Shown one piece after another: positions 1 through 11,514 of a DNA stretch of 64,000 nucleotides (position 1 is the first letter of the stretch; each line of letters begins with the position of its first letter). This stretch comes from an uncultured cyanobacterium. Lineage in GTDB: Bacteria; Cyanobacteriota; Cyanobacteriia; Cyanobacteriales; CAWUOF01. The DNA is taken from positions 6,784,001 to 6,848,000 of the forward strand of contig CAVUSO010000001.1 in NCBI GenBank assembly GCA_963744145.1, in the 5' to 3' direction. The notes below the pieces were generated by a model. That model made no database searches. It saw only the letters and a list, made by a program, of their open reading frames with translations, and was not told the origin of the DNA. Position numbers and translations under genes: made by a program.

Positions 1-450
1 TTACCTTTGTATCTCAAAGGTCAGAATCAAACTCGGCTGAATTTACAACAGTGGGTAACTTTGGCGAGTATTGTGGAAAAAGAAGCGGTAGAAGCGAAGG
101 AACGTCCAAAAATTGCCGGGGTGTTTGTGCGACGTTTACAGGAAGGAATTGCTTTAGGTGCCGATCCTACGGTTGAATATGGTTTAGGACTTAAACAAAC
201 TCCTGATCAACCTCTGACGACAGAGCAAGTGAAAACTCCTTCGCCTTATAATACTTATATAAATGTGGGTTTGACACCGACACCGATCGCGAGTCCCGGA
301 CTTGCTAGTTTGGAAGCAACTCTCTATCCAGAAAAAACCGATTATCTTTATTTTGTAGCCCGTTATGATGGGACTCATGTATTTAGTCGGACTCTGGCAG
401 AACATGAGGCGGCTCAAGCTAAAATTCAAGATGATCGCAAATCCCATTGA
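1..450 (+). CDS. mltG: Endolytic transglycosylase MltG (YceG family), 3' part; gene starts before window
   Basis: LASIVEKEA, L.ADPTVEY, SPYNTY..GL.PTPIASPG, YLYFVA...G.H.FS motifs. Confidence 0.92.
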   Translation, partial: LPLYLKGQNQTRLNLQQWVTLASIVEKEAVEAKERPKIAGVFVRRLQEGIALGADPTVEYGLGLKQTPDQPLTTEQVKTPSPYNTYINVGLTPTPIASPGLASLEATLYPEKTDYLYFVARYDGTHVFSRTLAEHEAAQAKIQDDRKSH

Positions 451-493
451 GCTGGCGATCGCCGGGTCAGATTATTTGTCAATAGGATAATTT

Positions 494-949
494 ATGGGTC
501 GGTTATGGCAATTTGTCCAAACTGTGATGGGGATAATTTTTCGACATCCGCTCACAGGTACTAGTATCATTCCGATTTTACCAGATGGTCAAATTGTGTT
601 GATTCGTCGTCGAGATAATGGTCTCTGGGGATTACCAGGAGGAATGGTGGAATGGGGTGAAGATGTGACTACCTCAGTCCAGCGCGAATTAACAGAAGAA
701 ACTGGTTTAGAATTGGTGAAAATTCGGCGGTTAGTGGGAGTTTATTCTGCACCCGATCGCGATCCGAGAATTCATTCTATTTGTATCGTGGTAGAGGTGG
801 AAGCTCAAGGGGAAATGCAGGTGCAGGATACCCTGGAGATTATGGAAGTTCAAGCTTTTCCTCCCCATTTGTTACCCCAAGGTCAATTATCCCATGACCA
901 TGATCAACAATTGCAAAATTATCTCAATGGGTTGACTACTCTGGCATAA
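494..949 (+). CDS. NUDIX hydrolase
   Basis: Nudix box GGMVEWGEDVTTSVQRELTEETG. Confidence 0.9.
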   Translation: MGRLWQFVQTVMGIIFRHPLTGTSIIPILPDGQIVLIRRRDNGLWGLPGGMVEWGEDVTTSVQRELTEETGLELVKIRRLVGVYSAPDRDPRIHSICIVVEVEAQGEMQVQDTLEIMEVQAFPPHLLPQGQLSHDHDQQLQNYLNGLTTLA

Positions 950-997
950 TCTGACATGGATGATTTTATCTCTAACCGTTCCTAATTTGCCAATCGG

Positions 998-1810
998 ATG
1001 TCTCTCATACTAAGCAATTCTCGGGTTAAACTGTCTCAAGGTTCTATTTTCTGGCACGAAATTGGTCAAGGTCCGACCCTAATATTTTTACACGGTTCTT
1101 GGCAGCATAGTGAGCAATGGATGTCTGTGATTACCAGTTTAAGTCCAGATTATCATTGCTTCGCACCAGATTTACTTGGTTTTGGCGAATCTGACCAACC
1201 TAATATTCATTATTCGGTTGAGTTAGAAGCAGAATCAATTGCGGAGTTGATTGAATTTGTAAAATTACCCTCGGTGTATTTAGTTGGTCATTCTTTGGGA
1301 GGATGGATCGCTACTAATTATGCTCTCAAACATTTAGACAAAGTTCGAGGTTTAATTTTAATCTCTCCGGAGGGTGTAGAAGCTCAAGGGAGTAAGAATT
1401 CTTGGGGATGGGCAAAATTATTTTTGGGTTTACCCCCAATTGTGTTTAAATTCTTCAGAAAAGTTTATCCTGTTTTGAAATTGATTGGATTAAGTAAACA
1501 AATAGATCAAGTGCTTTTACTAGCAGAAACACCTGTTGCTTGTCAATTGTTATTTAAACGTCGTCGTGCAGAAATTAAAGCAGAGTTGTTGAATGACCGT
1601 TTACAGGAGTTGACTATTCCCAGTTTAATTTTGCAAGGACAAAAAGATCGAACAGATGCGATCGCGATGAGTCAAACTTATAGTCATTTATTACCAAAAG
1701 CTCATTTAGAAATTATCCCTTTAGCTGAACATAATTTACCCGAAGAACAACCTGATGTGGTGGTGCAGTATATTCGTAATTTTTGCCAAAGAATTGAAAA
1801 TAAAACGTAA
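998..1810 (+). CDS. Alpha/beta fold hydrolase
   Basis: FLHG, PDLLGFGES, nucleophile elbow GHSLGG, C-terminal His. Confidence 0.9.
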   Translation: MSLILSNSRVKLSQGSIFWHEIGQGPTLIFLHGSWQHSEQWMSVITSLSPDYHCFAPDLLGFGESDQPNIHYSVELEAESIAELIEFVKLPSVYLVGHSLGGWIATNYALKHLDKVRGLILISPEGVEAQGSKNSWGWAKLFLGLPPIVFKFFRKVYPVLKLIGLSKQIDQVLLLAETPVACQLLFKRRRAEIKAELLNDRLQELTIPSLILQGQKDRTDAIAMSQTYSHLLPKAHLEIIPLAEHNLPEEQPDVVVQYIRNFCQRIENKT

Positions 1811-1815
1811 TCAAA

Positions 1816-3036
1816 ATGCTTTCGTTCCTACAAAGAATCAGTCAGAATTTTATCCACAAATCAACTTATCTTCGGCAAACACCTCTGAACCGAGTGAGTC
1901 TGGTTATTCTCATTCTCATTGATATCTTTGTTCTAATTAATGTTTTTAGCGGTTTAAATAGTATTGCGGATTTTCCCCTAAATCCTACTGAAGAATTTCC
2001 TTGTTTTTCAGCTTATGAAACCTATCAAACAGCTAAGGATAAAGGAACTTTTGCCTATAATGTTAGCACGATTGAAAATTTGATTCAGTTAAATATATCT
2101 CCCAGTTCTTTTGTTGATCATACACCAAGATTGGGTCAGATTTCCAATTTATGTGCAAATTATCAGCGATCGTCTCAGGGAATTAAAACTCCTGAAACTG
2201 TCAAATTACAATCTCAAGTTGAGAGTTTAAGAAAAGAAATTTCTGCCCTAAAAGGAAATAATCAAACCTTAGAAAGTCAGTATAATTCTACTTTATTAGA
2301 AAAAATAGCAGGTCAAGCTCCAGAAAAATCAATCAATCAAGTAAGAGCAGAGCAAGTTAAAGCAAAAATTGACAATAATAAAACCCAAATTGCCAATAAA
2401 GAAAAACAAATCACCGAACAACAAACTAAATTACTAGAATATCCAAATATTCAGGATTATTTAAAGTTGCTCAATAATAATGCTGAATATGAAGTAATCA
2501 AAAAATCTTATGATTCAGCCGAATTTTGGTATCCAAATAAGATCCTACTCTTACAAACTTTATTTCTGTTACCATTAATTATTATCTCCTACTTTTGGCA
2601 TACTATATCAATTAGCAAAAATTATGGATTACCAGCTTTACTGGCTTGGCATTTACTTTTAATATTTTGTTTACCTTTATTGATTAAAGTTTTTGAATTT
2701 CTGCAATTTGGGAATCTATTTGCGATCGTAATTGAATGGATTGTCAAAATTTTCGGTGGGTTAAGATTTATTGCGAGTTATGCGTTGATTGTAGTAATTC
2801 CTTTGGTGGGATTAGGTTTAATTAAAGTTTTGCAAGTCTGGTTATTTAATCACCGAGTTCAAGCAAAAAAGAGGATTGCTAAAGTTCGTTGTATTAATTG
2901 TAACTATCAACTACGTTTAAGTGATGAATTTTGCTCGTCTTGTGGGTTTAATCAGTATGTAGATTGCCCAAATTGTCATCAGAAAACCTATCAGCTTAGT
3001 AATTATTGTCGTCACTGTGGTCATAAAATCGAGTAA
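1816..3036 (+). CDS. Membrane protein with coiled coil and C-terminal double zinc ribbon
   Basis: Hydrophobic helices; four CxxC pairs at the C-terminus. Confidence 0.7.
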   Translation: MLSFLQRISQNFIHKSTYLRQTPLNRVSLVILILIDIFVLINVFSGLNSIADFPLNPTEEFPCFSAYETYQTAKDKGTFAYNVSTIENLIQLNISPSSFVDHTPRLGQISNLCANYQRSSQGIKTPETVKLQSQVESLRKEISALKGNNQTLESQYNSTLLEKIAGQAPEKSINQVRAEQVKAKIDNNKTQIANKEKQITEQQTKLLEYPNIQDYLKLLNNNAEYEVIKKSYDSAEFWYPNKILLLQTLFLLPLIIISYFWHTISISKNYGLPALLAWHLLLIFCLPLLIKVFEFLQFGNLFAIVIEWIVKIFGGLRFIASYALIVVIPLVGLGLIKVLQVWLFNHRVQAKKRIAKVRCINCNYQLRLSDEFCSSCGFNQYVDCPNCHQKTYQLSNYCRHCGHKIE

Positions 3037-3080
3037 GATAGTTTTTGCTCTAACTTTCTAAATCAACCCAAACCAATTCT

Positions 3081-3933
3081 ATGAAATTAAAAAAATCAGC
3101 TCCAGTATGGGTTCATACTAACTTGTTTAAGTTTTTAGCTTGCCTTTTACTTGTCTTATTCACTGGATCTTGGACGCTAGCTAATGAAGTATCCCCGAGT
3201 ATAGAGGTTGATGATATTACAATTCAAAGAATAGTCAATAGTAATCATCGGTCTGAACAGAATCGGAGTCGAGACAAGTATCGTCATCCGGTTGAGACCC
3301 TAGAATTTTTTGGATTGCACTCAGATATGACTGTAGTTGAACTCTGGTCCAGGGAATGGTTGGTATACGGAAATTCTTGCCCCATTTCTAGCCTCAAAAG
3401 GACAGCTAATTGTCACTAACTTTGATCCCACAAAAAACAAGCGAGCTCAAGATTTTCAAGCAAAATTAACCGGTAATCCAGAAATTTTTGGTAAGGTGAA
3501 AGTTGTTGAAATTAATCCTCCCAATCAAATAAATCTCGCTCCAGATAATTCTGTGGATATGGTTCTAACTTTCCGTAATATTCATAACTGGGTTATGGCG
3601 GGTTATGAAAAGCAGGTTTATGCTGCGATTTATAAAGCTTTGAAACCAGGAGGAATATTGGGGATAGAAGAACATCGTGCTAAAGATAATTCTGTGCTAG
3701 ACGATGGTAAAACTGGTTATATTTCGGAATCTGGGTTGATTAATACTCTCTCAAATATGAAATTCAAGTTGGTGAGCAAATCAGAAATTAATGCTAATCC
3801 TAAGGATACTAAGGATTATCCAGGAGGTGTCTGGACTCTGCCCCCAGTTTTAAGTCAAGGTAATCAGAATCGACAGCACTATTTGGATATTGGAGAGAGC
3901 GATCGCATGACACTAAAATTTGTCAAGTCTTAA
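3081..3933 (+). pseudogene. Secreted-type class I SAM methyltransferase, frameshifted by one extra base at ~3348
   Basis: ORFs 3081-3419 and 3337-3933 join as MTVVELW-PGNGWYTE if T3348 is removed (TGG T CCA GGG); RDKYRHP.ETL.FFG, DMVLTFRN.HNW and IGESDRMTLKF motifs. Confidence 0.8.
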
Positions 3934-4125
3934 GTTGTTTATTCTGGTCATAAAAAGTATCCCATCAGCGATCGCTGTAAATATCTCTGAACTTACTGTG
4001 GACTATTCGATGTGAATGAGATAACATGAAATTTCATGACTATTCTAGGGAGAGTTAAACTCTGTCCACAGAATCTCAAGCTCACGAGAGGGTCAAAATA
4101 TTCCTAATTGAGCAGAGGAACTTAA

Positions 4126-5406
4126 ATGGCAAAAATAGAAGGATTTAGGGTAATAAATTACCGATCGCTGCGGGATATTACTATGGGAAAACTACCGAAT
4201 ACACAGCAGGGCAAACCCCTAACTCCAATGACAGCAGTTATCGGTAAAAATGGTGTGGGAAAAAGTACACTTTTCGATACTTTTGGCTTTCTAGCAGATT
4301 GCTTGAAAACCGGAGTAGAAGAAGCCTGTGATTTGCATGGACGTGGAGGTTTCGAGAGAATTAGATCACAAGGACAAAAGGGTTGTATAGAGTTTCAGAT
4401 TTACTATAAAGAAGATCATAATACTCGACCAATTAGCTATGAGTTGGCAATAGATATTGACAATGATGGCAGACCTTATGTAAAACGAGAGAGACTTAGA
4501 CAAGCTAGAAAAGGACAAACGAGAGGGCGATTATTTTATTTTTTGATTTTAAACGAAGGTCAAGGTATAGCATGGAAGGGTGAAGAGGGAGGTAAGGATT
4601 TTGATGAAGATAAAGGAGAATTTAATCTAATTAATTTAATTAAAAAAATTCAGCAAAAGGAGAGTAAAGAAACTGAGTTAGTTGAACTTGACGATAAGCG
4701 AAAACTTGGAATTGCAACTTTAGGAGCTCTTAAACAACACCCAAGAATTTCCGCATTTCGGAGATTTATTGAAGGATGGTATCTCAGCTACTTTACACCG
4801 GATGCTGCAAGAAGTTTACCTCTAGCTGGACCTCAAAAACATCTGAATATTCATGGAGATAATCTGGGAAATGTAGTTCAGTTTATGGAGAGAGAGCATT
4901 CCGATAATTTTAAATCTATTCTGCAAAAAATCTCTAGTAAAATTCCAGGTGTGGAAAGTATTAGCACTGAAAGAAGTTCAGATGGTAGACTTTTACTTCG
5001 ATTCAATGATAAAGGTTTTCAAGACCCATTTTATGCTCAACAAATGTCAGACGGAACCCTAAAAATGTTTGCCTATCTTTTGCTTTTAGAAGATCCTTCA
5101 CCACCACCATTTTTGTGTATTGAAGAACCAGAAAATGGACTTTACCATAAACTTTTAGAAACTCTGGCGCAAGAATTTCGAGAACAAGCTACAGGTCGAA
5201 AAAATGGTTCGCAAGTATTTGTTACAACACATCAACCTTATTTTGTAGATGCTCTTGATCCTGAAGAGGTTTGGGTACTTGAGAAGGGAGAGGATGGTTT
5301 TTCTACAATCAGACGATCTAGCGAAGATCCTCTGATTAGTAATCTTGTTGCTGAAGGATTACCCCTTGGTGGACTTTGGTACAGTGACTACTTGGATAAA
5401 AGGTGA
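4126..5406 (+). CDS. ABC-type AAA ATPase (AAA_21-like)
   Basis: Walker A GKNGVGKS, signature MSDGT, Walker B IEEPENGL, TTH switch. Confidence 0.88.
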   Translation: MAKIEGFRVINYRSLRDITMGKLPNTQQGKPLTPMTAVIGKNGVGKSTLFDTFGFLADCLKTGVEEACDLHGRGGFERIRSQGQKGCIEFQIYYKEDHNTRPISYELAIDIDNDGRPYVKRERLRQARKGQTRGRLFYFLILNEGQGIAWKGEEGGKDFDEDKGEFNLINLIKKIQQKESKETELVELDDKRKLGIATLGALKQHPRISAFRRFIEGWYLSYFTPDAARSLPLAGPQKHLNIHGDNLGNVVQFMEREHSDNFKSILQKISSKIPGVESISTERSSDGRLLLRFNDKGFQDPFYAQQMSDGTLKMFAYLLLLEDPSPPPFLCIEEPENGLYHKLLETLAQEFREQATGRKNGSQVFVTTHQPYFVDALDPEEVWVLEKGEDGFSTIRRSSEDPLISNLVAEGLPLGGLWYSDYLDKR

Positions 5407-5410
5407 ATAA

Positions 5411-6079
5411 ATGCACTTTGAGATACTTGTCGAAGATATTTCTGGAAAGACTGCTCTTGAAATTCTTGTACCTAAGATTATTAACGTTGAACAACACACA
5501 TTTAAGATCCATTCTTACAAAGGAATTGGGCGTATTCCTAAAGATTTAAAATCTCCTTCTGAGGCTAAAAAAAGAATTTTGCTAGATCGACTTCCCGAGC
5601 TTGTTAAAGGTTACGGTAAAACATTCTCTCGATATCCTCCTAACTGTCCTGCTGTGCTGATTGTTATTTGCGATCTTGATGATCAATGTCTCAGTAATTT
5701 TCGTAAAGAACTACTCGAACTTGTGCAAAAGTGTAATTCTAAACCAAAGACACAATTTTGCATCGCGATCGAGGAAGGTGAATCATGGTATTTAGGCGAT
5801 GTAGCAGCAATAAAGGCAGCTTATCCAAAAGTAAAGGAAGCCGTTATAAATTCCTATAAAAATGATAGTATCTGTGGTACTTGGGAAAAGTTAGCTGAGG
5901 CGGTGTTTTCTGGTGGAGCTAAAAAATTGTCTGAAGCAGGTGGGCAAGCAATTGGTTTAGAAAAGACTAATTGGGCTAAGAATATACCTCCTTGGATGGA
6001 CGTGGAAAATAATTTGTCACCGAGCTTCTGCTATTTTCGAGACAAACTTCGAGACTTAAGCGATCGCTGTTATGATTAA
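5411..6079 (+). CDS. DUF4276-like (TOPRIM/OLD-related) partner of the ATPase
   Basis: ILVED N-terminal motif, DLD, EEGESWYLGD, N.SPSF; 4 bp downstream of the ATPase. Confidence 0.72.
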   Translation: MHFEILVEDISGKTALEILVPKIINVEQHTFKIHSYKGIGRIPKDLKSPSEAKKRILLDRLPELVKGYGKTFSRYPPNCPAVLIVICDLDDQCLSNFRKELLELVQKCNSKPKTQFCIAIEEGESWYLGDVAAIKAAYPKVKEAVINSYKNDSICGTWEKLAEAVFSGGAKKLSEAGGQAIGLEKTNWAKNIPPWMDVENNLSPSFCYFRDKLRDLSDRCYD

Positions 6080-6189
6080 TCTCTAGTAGCTATCAAAATT
6101 GGTTAAATAGTAGCAAGGCGATCGCCAACAATTAAGATTAATTCTTGCCATAATAATTCGATAATTTCTAAATCTAAGGTAGAGAAAAT

Positions 6190-6936
6190 ATGCAAGTCCA
6201 ACTCAACCAAATAATCCTCCATCCTGGTCAGCAACTCTTGATGAAGAATGTCAGTTGGCAAATGTATGAACAACTGCTAGAGGAGTTCGGTGAAAAACGC
6301 GGAAGTCGAATTAATTATAGTCAGGGAGTTTTAGAAGTTATGGTGCCTCTACCCGAGCATGAAGATGATAAAGTTATTATTAGCAACTTGGTGGAAATTT
6401 TGCTAGAAGGACTAGAGATTGAGTTCAGGAATCTCGCTTCTACCACTTTTAAAAATGAAACTATGAACCAAGGTCTAGAAGCGGATAGCTGTTTTTATAT
6501 TGAAAACGAAGCAGCAGTTAGGGGGAAACTTGTGTTGAGCGTTTGTCCTGAGTGTTCCCTGAGCGCGTGCCCTGAGCGAAGTCGAAGGGTAGTCGAAGGG
6601 CGGAGTCGAAGGGTAGTCGAAACAAAGCGGATTGATTTAACTGTAGATCCACCGCCAGATTTAGCGATTGAAATTGATATCACTTCCCGCACGCATTTTA
6701 ACAATTATGAAGCGTTAGGAGTCAGAGAACTATGGCGCTTTAATGAGACAAAATTAGAAATTAATGTATTACAATCTGGTCAATATATTCAGGTAAATGA
6801 AAGTCCTCATTTTCCAGGATTTCCTCTGATTGAGGTAATTCCTAAATATTTAGAATGTAGTAAAATTGAGGGCAGAAATAAAACAATGAAAGCTTTTCGT
6901 ATTTGGGTGAATGGGCAGAAAATGCAAATTGAATAA
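6190..6936 (+). CDS. Uma2 family (PD-(D/E)XK) endonuclease carrying a 96-bp in-frame insertion
   Basis: SWQ.YE.LL, G.LE.M.P..EHE, EAD.CFYI, PPPDLAIEIDITS, Y..LGV.ELWR. Confidence 0.88.
   Translation: MQVQLNQIILHPGQQLLMKNVSWQMYEQLLEEFGEKRGSRINYSQGVLEVMVPLPEHEDDKVIISNLVEILLEGLEIEFRNLASTTFKNETMNQGLEADSCFYIENEAAVRGKLVLSVCPECSLSACPERSRRVVEGRSRRVVETKRIDLTVDPPPDLAIEIDITSRTHFNNYEALGVRELWRFNETKLEINVLQSGQYIQVNESPHFPGFPLIEVIPKYLECSKIEGRNKTMKAFRIWVNGQKMQIE
6529..6624 (+). mobile_element. Four nested 24-nt small dispersed repeat (SDR-like) elements
   Basis: Parses exactly into four related 24-mers of type NNNNNCCTGAGCGNAGTCGAAGGG, each inserted in the previous one. Confidence 0.85.
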
Positions 6937-6937
6937 T

Positions 6938-7150
6938 ACCAATTCACGCGCTTAAGATACATTAATAAGATTGATCTGTGGGGGAGGGTGGGTTTTGATG
7001 ATTAGTAGGTAAGTCTCAAAAATATCGGTGAACCCACCCCTACAGAAATCCGCAAATTGAGGGTAAAATTGGTAGGGGCAGGTTCACCAATCAATTCTGT
7101 CACCAACAGATAACTATGATAAACCTGCCCATAGCTAACAGATCAATCTC
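6938..7150. repeat. REP/REPIN- or MITE-like element, copy 1
   Basis: GTAGGGGCAGGTT...AAACCTGCCC and GGGTGGGTT...AACCCACCCCTAC hairpins; similar to 25075-25193 (reverse) and 26780-26856. Confidence 0.7.
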
Positions 7151-7193
7151 AGATTAAGTGCAATTTCATGGGTTATTGCAACGATCGATGGGA

Positions 7194-8627
7194 TTAAATT
7201 TCTGTCTTCTGTGCTTGATAGAGTTGTTTAAACCTACGCTGCTGCTGATTATGATCGACAATTGGAGCGGGATAATCTAAAGCTTGACGTTGTAATGGAG
7301 TAATATTTCCACTTAATAAAGAAAGAGTATCTAAACCAGCTAATTCAGGCAACCATTGACGGATATAATTAGCTTGAGGATCGAATTTCTGAGCTTGAGT
7401 TGCTGGGTTAAAAATTCGCAATGGTTTCGGGTCCATTCCACTCGAAGCACTCCATTGCCAACCTCCATTATTAGCAGCTAAATCCCCATCATATAGAGTT
7501 TGCATAAAATATTTTTCTCCCCATTGCCAGTTAATAATTAGGTCTTTGGTGAGAAAACTAGCAACAATCATTCGACAACGATTGTGCATCCATCCAGTTT
7601 GGTTTAATTGACGCATTGCTGCATCAATAATTGGATAACCGGTTTTTCCTGTACACCAAGCTTGAAAGTGTTCCTGATTATGATCCCAAGGAAAGTTTTG
7701 AAAAACTGTACGATAAGCACCATCAGCTAATTTTGGAAAATTATAAATAGCGTGTTGATAAAATTCTCTCCATGCTAATTCCTGTTGCCAAGTCTGAATA
7801 TTTTTACGTGATTCATCAGTAGAAGATTTGGTTAAAGCTTTACGAGTAGCATCCCAAACTGTACGAATTCCAATTGTGCCAAATTTGAGGGGCGCACTTA
7901 GTAATGATGTACCGTTAATCCCGGGAAAGTTACGTTGTTGATCATAATTATAGATCGCATTTTCACCAAATTCTTCTAACTTTATTTGTGCTGCTTTTTC
8001 TCCAGGTTCTACTAAGAATGGGTGTTCCCACACCAAACCTAAATCTTTTCCTGTCGGTAACGCGATCGCACCTGTTTGATGAGCTAGTTCTTGTTCAATT
8101 TCACTTAATCCTGTGAGCTGTTGGATCGGTTCTATTGGTGTTGTTTTACTATGACTAATCCAATTTTTCCAAAAGGGTGTATAAACTGTATAGGGTTGAT
8201 TAGCTCCACTGCGAATTGTCTCGGGTGGGTGTAAGAGTTGATCCCAAAAATTTTTGACTTCAATTCCGGCGGTTTTTAGAGCATCAGTAATTAAGCGATC
8301 GCGCTCTCGAGCATAAGGTTCGACATCAAAATTCCAGTAGACAGCTTGAGCATTGAGCGCGATCGCTAATTGGGGAATTGCGATTTGTGGATCATTGTAA
8401 AGAATCAACAATTGACTTCCGAGTCGAGCATAACTTTGTTGAAGTTCTTGTAAACAACCGAGCATATAAGCAACTCTTGCTGGTGCAACATCATCTTTTT
8501 TAAGAATATTTGGATCTAAACAAAAGACACCAGTAATTTTTGCTTTACCTTGATTTGCGGTTGCGATTCCACTCTGATCAGCAATCCGTAAATCACGTCG
8601 ATGCCAAAATAGAATTAGATTAGACAT
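7194..8627 (-). CDS. phrA: Deoxyribodipyrimidine (CPD class I) photolyase
   Basis: [60 protein letters not shown]. Confidence 0.93.
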   Translation of the reverse strand: MSNLILFWHRRDLRIADQSGIATANQGKAKITGVFCLDPNILKKDDVAPARVAYMLGCLQELQQSYARLGSQLLILYNDPQIAIPQLAIALNAQAVYWNFDVEPYARERDRLITDALKTAGIEVKNFWDQLLHPPETIRSGANQPYTVYTPFWKNWISHSKTTPIEPIQQLTGLSEIEQELAHQTGAIALPTGKDLGLVWEHPFLVEPGEKAAQIKLEEFGENAIYNYDQQRNFPGINGTSLLSAPLKFGTIGIRTVWDATRKALTKSSTDESRKNIQTWQQELAWREFYQHAIYNFPKLADGAYRTVFQNFPWDHNQEHFQAWCTGKTGYPIIDAAMRQLNQTGWMHNRCRMIVASFLTKDLIINWQWGEKYFMQTLYDGDLAANNGGWQWSASSGMDPKPLRIFNPATQAQKFDPQANYIRQWLPELAGLDTLSLLSGNITPLQRQALDYPAPIVDHNQQQRRFKQLYQAQKTEI

Positions 8628-8941
8628 TGATTAATTTTGTTGTATTTACACTCACCAGTGTATTTGATTAAAGATTATAAATCAATCATCATCATTTTAG
8701 CTACTTTTATAGCAAATTTTATTTTTTCATCATTAGTTCTAATCTTAAAATTTTCAACAAAGTTTAACTTATCTTAACCTGTAAATATCGGGGTTAAGTT
8801 AAAATAGCAATGTCCACTCTTAATATCAACAAGCCCGACCATGATATTAGTAATATTACGGAGATGAGTTGATCTAAGTTTTTGGAAATCTAGATTAATA
8901 TTGAGAATTATTACTAATTTAGAAAAAAAACCAAGATTATT

Positions 8942-11452
8942 ATGAACCAAAAAATATCCCGTTATACTCCCCTGTGGTTAAGTTTATGTGTGGGGATTGG
9001 ACTATCAGCGATCGCTGGAATTACCGTAGGGAAATTAGACCAAGCTAGTCAAATTGCCCGTTTTGTACGGGAAGCGGATATATTAACTTTAACTTTGCAA
9101 AGACAAGTAAGGGAATATTTTCAAGCGACGATCGCTTTAGGGGCTTTTTTTGATAGTAATAAACAAGTAAATCGAGGAGTATTTCACCAATTTACTCAAC
9201 CATTAATAGAAAGATATCCGGGAATTTATGGGATGGCTTGGATTCAACCTGTAACCAGTCAAGAACGTGCAAATTTTGAGAAAATTCAGTCTCAAGCAAT
9301 CCCCAATTTTCGGATTTTTGAACGTAATGTAGACAACCAACCGATTCCAGCTCAAACCCGTTCTGAATATTTTCCGATTACCTACGGAGAACCTCCCCAA
9401 TCTTATCAAAATATTTTAGGTTTTGATTTTGCGGCAAATGAGAATTTTTTCAAGCCCCTTAAACAAGCGCGAGACTCAGGCAAAATCTTGATCAGTCATA
9501 AAATTAAACTGACTAAACCAGATGGAAAGACTGCGATTGGGTTGATTGTTTATAATCCTATCTATTATCAGGAAACTCCCCCATCTACAGTAGCAGAACG
9601 CCAAAAATATTTTCAAGGAATTGCCTATACTATTTATGAATTAAAAGTTGTGTTTGAATCAGCTTTAGCAGGAATAGACAAACAAGACTTAAATTTTTCC
9701 TTGTTTGAGACCTTAGAAAATAATCAAACACAATTAATAGTTACTTATGATCCAGTCACCAAACAAGTTATTGAAGATAGTAATCAGATTTCCGCCTCAA
9801 TTCCCCAATCTAATAACGACTTTTGCCCGGTCGCAATTAAATGCAAATATAATATAAATTTAGGCGATCGACAGTTGCTACTGGTAATTTTACCGAATCA
9901 ATCTTTCTGGCATTTTAGCTGGATATCTTTAGCTACTGTTGGGAGTGGATTACTTTTTACTATATTATTAGTATTATATCTGTATTTATCTTTAAGAAAA
10001 ACTCTCAAAATTGAACAACTAGCAGTTGAATTAGCCCAAGCAAAGGAAACTGCTGATGCTGCTAATCAAGCGAAAAGTGAATTTTTGGCTAATATGAGTC
10101 ACGAATTACGCACACCCCTGAATGGTATCCTTGGTTATGCTCAAATTCTCCAACGAGCTAAAGACTTAAGTCCAAAACACCGTCAAGGGGTGGAAATTAT
10201 TGAGCAAGCTGGTTCTCATCTACTCACCTTAATTAATGATATTCTGGATTTAGCCAAAATTGAAGCCCGCAAAATGGAACTTGCACCCAAAGATTTCCAT
10301 TTTCCCTCGTTCTTATCGGGAGTAGCAGAAATTAGTCGAGTTCGAGCCCAAGCAAAAGATCTTAATTTCTATTATCTACCTGAACAGAATTTACCAACAG
10401 CAGTATTTGGTGATGATAAACGATTGCGTCAAGTTTTGATTAATTTGCTAGGTAATGCGATCAAATTTACAGAACAAGGTCATGTTACCTTCAAAGTAGA
10501 AATCTTACAACAATCAGCAGAAACTACGAAAATTCGATTCAGTATTATTGATACGGGTGTGGGTATGAGTCCAGAACATTTAAGTAAAATATTTTTACCT
10601 TTTGAACAGGTAGGTAGTTCCTATAAACGGACAGAAGGAACTGGATTAGGATTGACAATTTGTCGTCAATTAATCTCCATGATGAAGAGTGAAATTCAGG
10701 TGAGCAGTATCTTGGGTGAGGGGAGTACCTTTTGGTTTGAAGTGGACTTTCCTATTTCTCAAGAGTGGATCAGTACAGCAACAATAACAACGGGTAAGAA
10801 AATTATCAGTTATACAGGTAAACCGCGCAAAATCTTAATTGTCGATGATAAAGAAGTGAACCGTTTAGTGGTTGCAGAAGTCTTACAAAGTTTAAATTTT
10901 GCGATCGCTCAAGCAGATAATGGTTCTACGGGACTAGCACAAGTATTCGAGGTCAAACCAGATTTAATTATTACCGATATTGCCATGTCTGTGATGAATG
11001 GTTATGAGTTTACCCAGAAAGTACGTGAGCTATATTCCCCAAATATTCCCATTCTTGCATCTAGTGCTAGTGTTTCTGGATCGGATCAAGGAAAAGCGAT
11101 CGCTGCGGGTTGTAATGATTTTCTCCCCAAACCAGTAGAAATGGAGCAACTATTCGGAAAATTGCAAAAATTCCTAAAACTAGAGTGGGTATATGAGGAA
11201 ATAGAAACAAAACAGTCAATTCTAGAATCCTCAGCTTTAGAAATGATTATCCCTCCACTAGCAGAATTAGAACAATTGCAGCAAGCGATTAAAATAGGAG
11301 ATATCGATCTTGTCCAACAAGAAGCGCGACGGATTCAAGAAATGGCACCTGAATATGGTATTTTTGCGAAACAGGTGTTAAAATTAGCTGAGGAATTTAA
11401 TGAGCAAGAAATTCTCAAATTGTTACAGCAATCAGAGTTAGCAAAAACCTAA
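8942..11452 (+). CDS. Hybrid histidine kinase: CHASE-HisKA-HATPase-REC
   Basis: TM-CHASE-like-[32 protein letters not shown]; receiver LIVDD...DLIITD...KP. Confidence 0.9.
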   Translation: MNQKISRYTPLWLSLCVGIGLSAIAGITVGKLDQASQIARFVREADILTLTLQRQVREYFQATIALGAFFDSNKQVNRGVFHQFTQPLIERYPGIYGMAWIQPVTSQERANFEKIQSQAIPNFRIFERNVDNQPIPAQTRSEYFPITYGEPPQSYQNILGFDFAANENFFKPLKQARDSGKILISHKIKLTKPDGKTAIGLIVYNPIYYQETPPSTVAERQKYFQGIAYTIYELKVVFESALAGIDKQDLNFSLFETLENNQTQLIVTYDPVTKQVIEDSNQISASIPQSNNDFCPVAIKCKYNINLGDRQLLLVILPNQSFWHFSWISLATVGSGLLFTILLVLYLYLSLRKTLKIEQLAVELAQAKETADAANQAKSEFLANMSHELRTPLNGILGYAQILQRAKDLSPKHRQGVEIIEQAGSHLLTLINDILDLAKIEARKMELAPKDFHFPSFLSGVAEISRVRAQAKDLNFYYLPEQNLPTAVFGDDKRLRQVLINLLGNAIKFTEQGHVTFKVEILQQSAETTKIRFSIIDTGVGMSPEHLSKIFLPFEQVGSSYKRTEGTGLGLTICRQLISMMKSEIQVSSILGEGSTFWFEVDFPISQEWISTATITTGKKIISYTGKPRKILIVDDKEVNRLVVAEVLQSLNFAIAQADNGSTGLAQVFEVKPDLIITDIAMSVMNGYEFTQKVRELYSPNIPILASSASVSGSDQGKAIAAGCNDFLPKPVEMEQLFGKLQKFLKLEWVYEEIETKQSILESSALEMIIPPLAELEQLQQAIKIGDIDLVQQEARRIQEMAPEYGIFAKQVLKLAEEFNEQEILKLLQQSELAKT

Positions 11453-11514
11453 TATGGTTAGTAGTAGGGACTTCAGTCCCTCAATCAAACTATGAATGAA
11501 AGATCATAACCCCT

